A DNA stretch of 35,925 nucleotides. It comes from Asterionella formosa. Taxonomy: Eukaryota. The position numbers were made by a program, and so were the translations under genes. Location of the stretch: NCBI GenBank assembly GCA_002256025.1, contig NKIB01015431.1:1-35925 (forward strand), given 5' to 3'. The notes below the pieces were generated by a model that did not search any database, was not told the origin of the DNA, and was given only the letters and a program-made list of their open reading frames with translations. This document shows, piece after piece, positions 34,850 through 35,925 of the stretch; positions within the stretch are counted from its first letter, which is position 1, and each line of letters starts with the position of its first letter.

Positions 34850-35740
34850 TAGCAGCACTGCTGCTGTAGTGCTGGATTGAATTAGCCAGAGTCAATGGCA
34901 TGACATGGTAAGCCAACGTGACCTGATGAGCTTGTCTAGAAAAATTTCATTCCTCTGATGGGCATAATCTCACATTTTCCCTTGCCCCTGCCTTCATTTC
35001 TCTTTCAGTGACAGCGTTCACTTGGTATTCCTTCCCCTAGGACCACCGCTGACCTGTTTGGTGCATACTTAATAGCTAACTCCTCTGATGAGTCAGAGAG
35101 CAGATATTCATTATATGACATAAAAGTCTGAGAGACCGAATCTCCTTGGTTTTTGTATAGCTGTGATGCAAAGAATGTGAGGCGGAGGCCCCCCCCCGTT
35201 ATACTTAATTTTTGGTGATCCACAGGTGAGAATATGAATGCGTGTGTGCCAAGAGATATTCTTGTATTCTATTCCCAGTTTGTGTTTGTTGAGAAAGTAC
35301 TTTTTAGACACACTTCCTGAATTGATGTTCTCATGCAGTCGTGAGAAGTTGAGCTGTGTATGCGCGTTTTTCCTATTAGTATACTCACAGTCATCAATGG
35401 AAAGTGCGGGGACTGCTGTGAGTGCGGAAAACCTGGGTGTCCTCATGGATGCTTGGCCAGAGAAGCTGTTGCTAAATTATCCGCCCTGATATTGAGATGG
35501 GCGCTTGTGAAGAGGCTGCTGTTTGCTTTCCTGGTTGTGTCTTGGTGGGACCTAACCCACAAGATCTTTGCTGTGATGGGTAGGGTTGCTACCACCTCAT
35601 AGAGTTGTGAAAATAAATCTGCATTATTTGGTGGGTGACCCCTGGCATTGCCTGAGTGGATGTGGTGTAATGCCTTTGAAGTCTGGTTTTCCCCACCTGG
35701 TGTGAGCATAATAGTATGATATAACAGTCTCCTCATGAGC
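34850..35740 (-). mobile_element. Degenerate non-LTR retrotransposon relic with RNase H domain end (Ambal-like)
   Basis: ADLFSQL...KILWVRSHQD...LNIRADNLATA matches the RNase H WVxxH...NxxADxLA signature; downstream frames broken; left boundary approximate. Confidence 0.7.
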
Positions 35741-35925
35741 CTAAAAATTACTTAGAAGTAGCTGAATGGCAAGACAATGGGTGGAGTGGGAATTGCCTTA
35801 CATCTAAGCCGCGAAATACGCCACTTTTCGAAATTTCGTCTACGTATGAGTGTTAATTATGTGGTACTTCACATGCATTAATGCCACTCTTCACGTAAAA
35901 AAGATTACTTTTAACGGTTTCATGT

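Overview
Eukaryotic, most likely diatom, nuclear DNA. The basis is a bipartite plastid-type presequence, RxL-type motifs, a canonical spliceosomal intron and diatom-like transposon relics. The window is gene-poor and repeat-rich. It has five intact ORFs: two coiled-coil unknowns (1657-3147, 9289-9864); a plastid-targeted protein with RGG boxes, seven CysRS-C-terminal-like repeats and a SAP domain (13903-16296); a small membrane protein (31065-31799); and a sequon-rich Cys/RxL protein (32439-33176) with a broken paralog at 17360-17862. The rest is decayed mobile DNA: an IS630/Tc1-type transposase relic, non-LTR retrotransposon relics, a spliced TE-accessory pseudogene, a long-TIR element, a tRNA-derived SINE-like element, satellites and hairpins. 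The most striking unexplained signal is heavy enrichment of TA-flanked mini-palindromes (TACCGGTA, TACCWGGTA, TACTAGTA, TAGCTA). Alignments between repeat copies show these are insertions at TA, like transposon excision footprints. All alignments and counts were done by eye, and family calls are from recalled motifs, not database searches.
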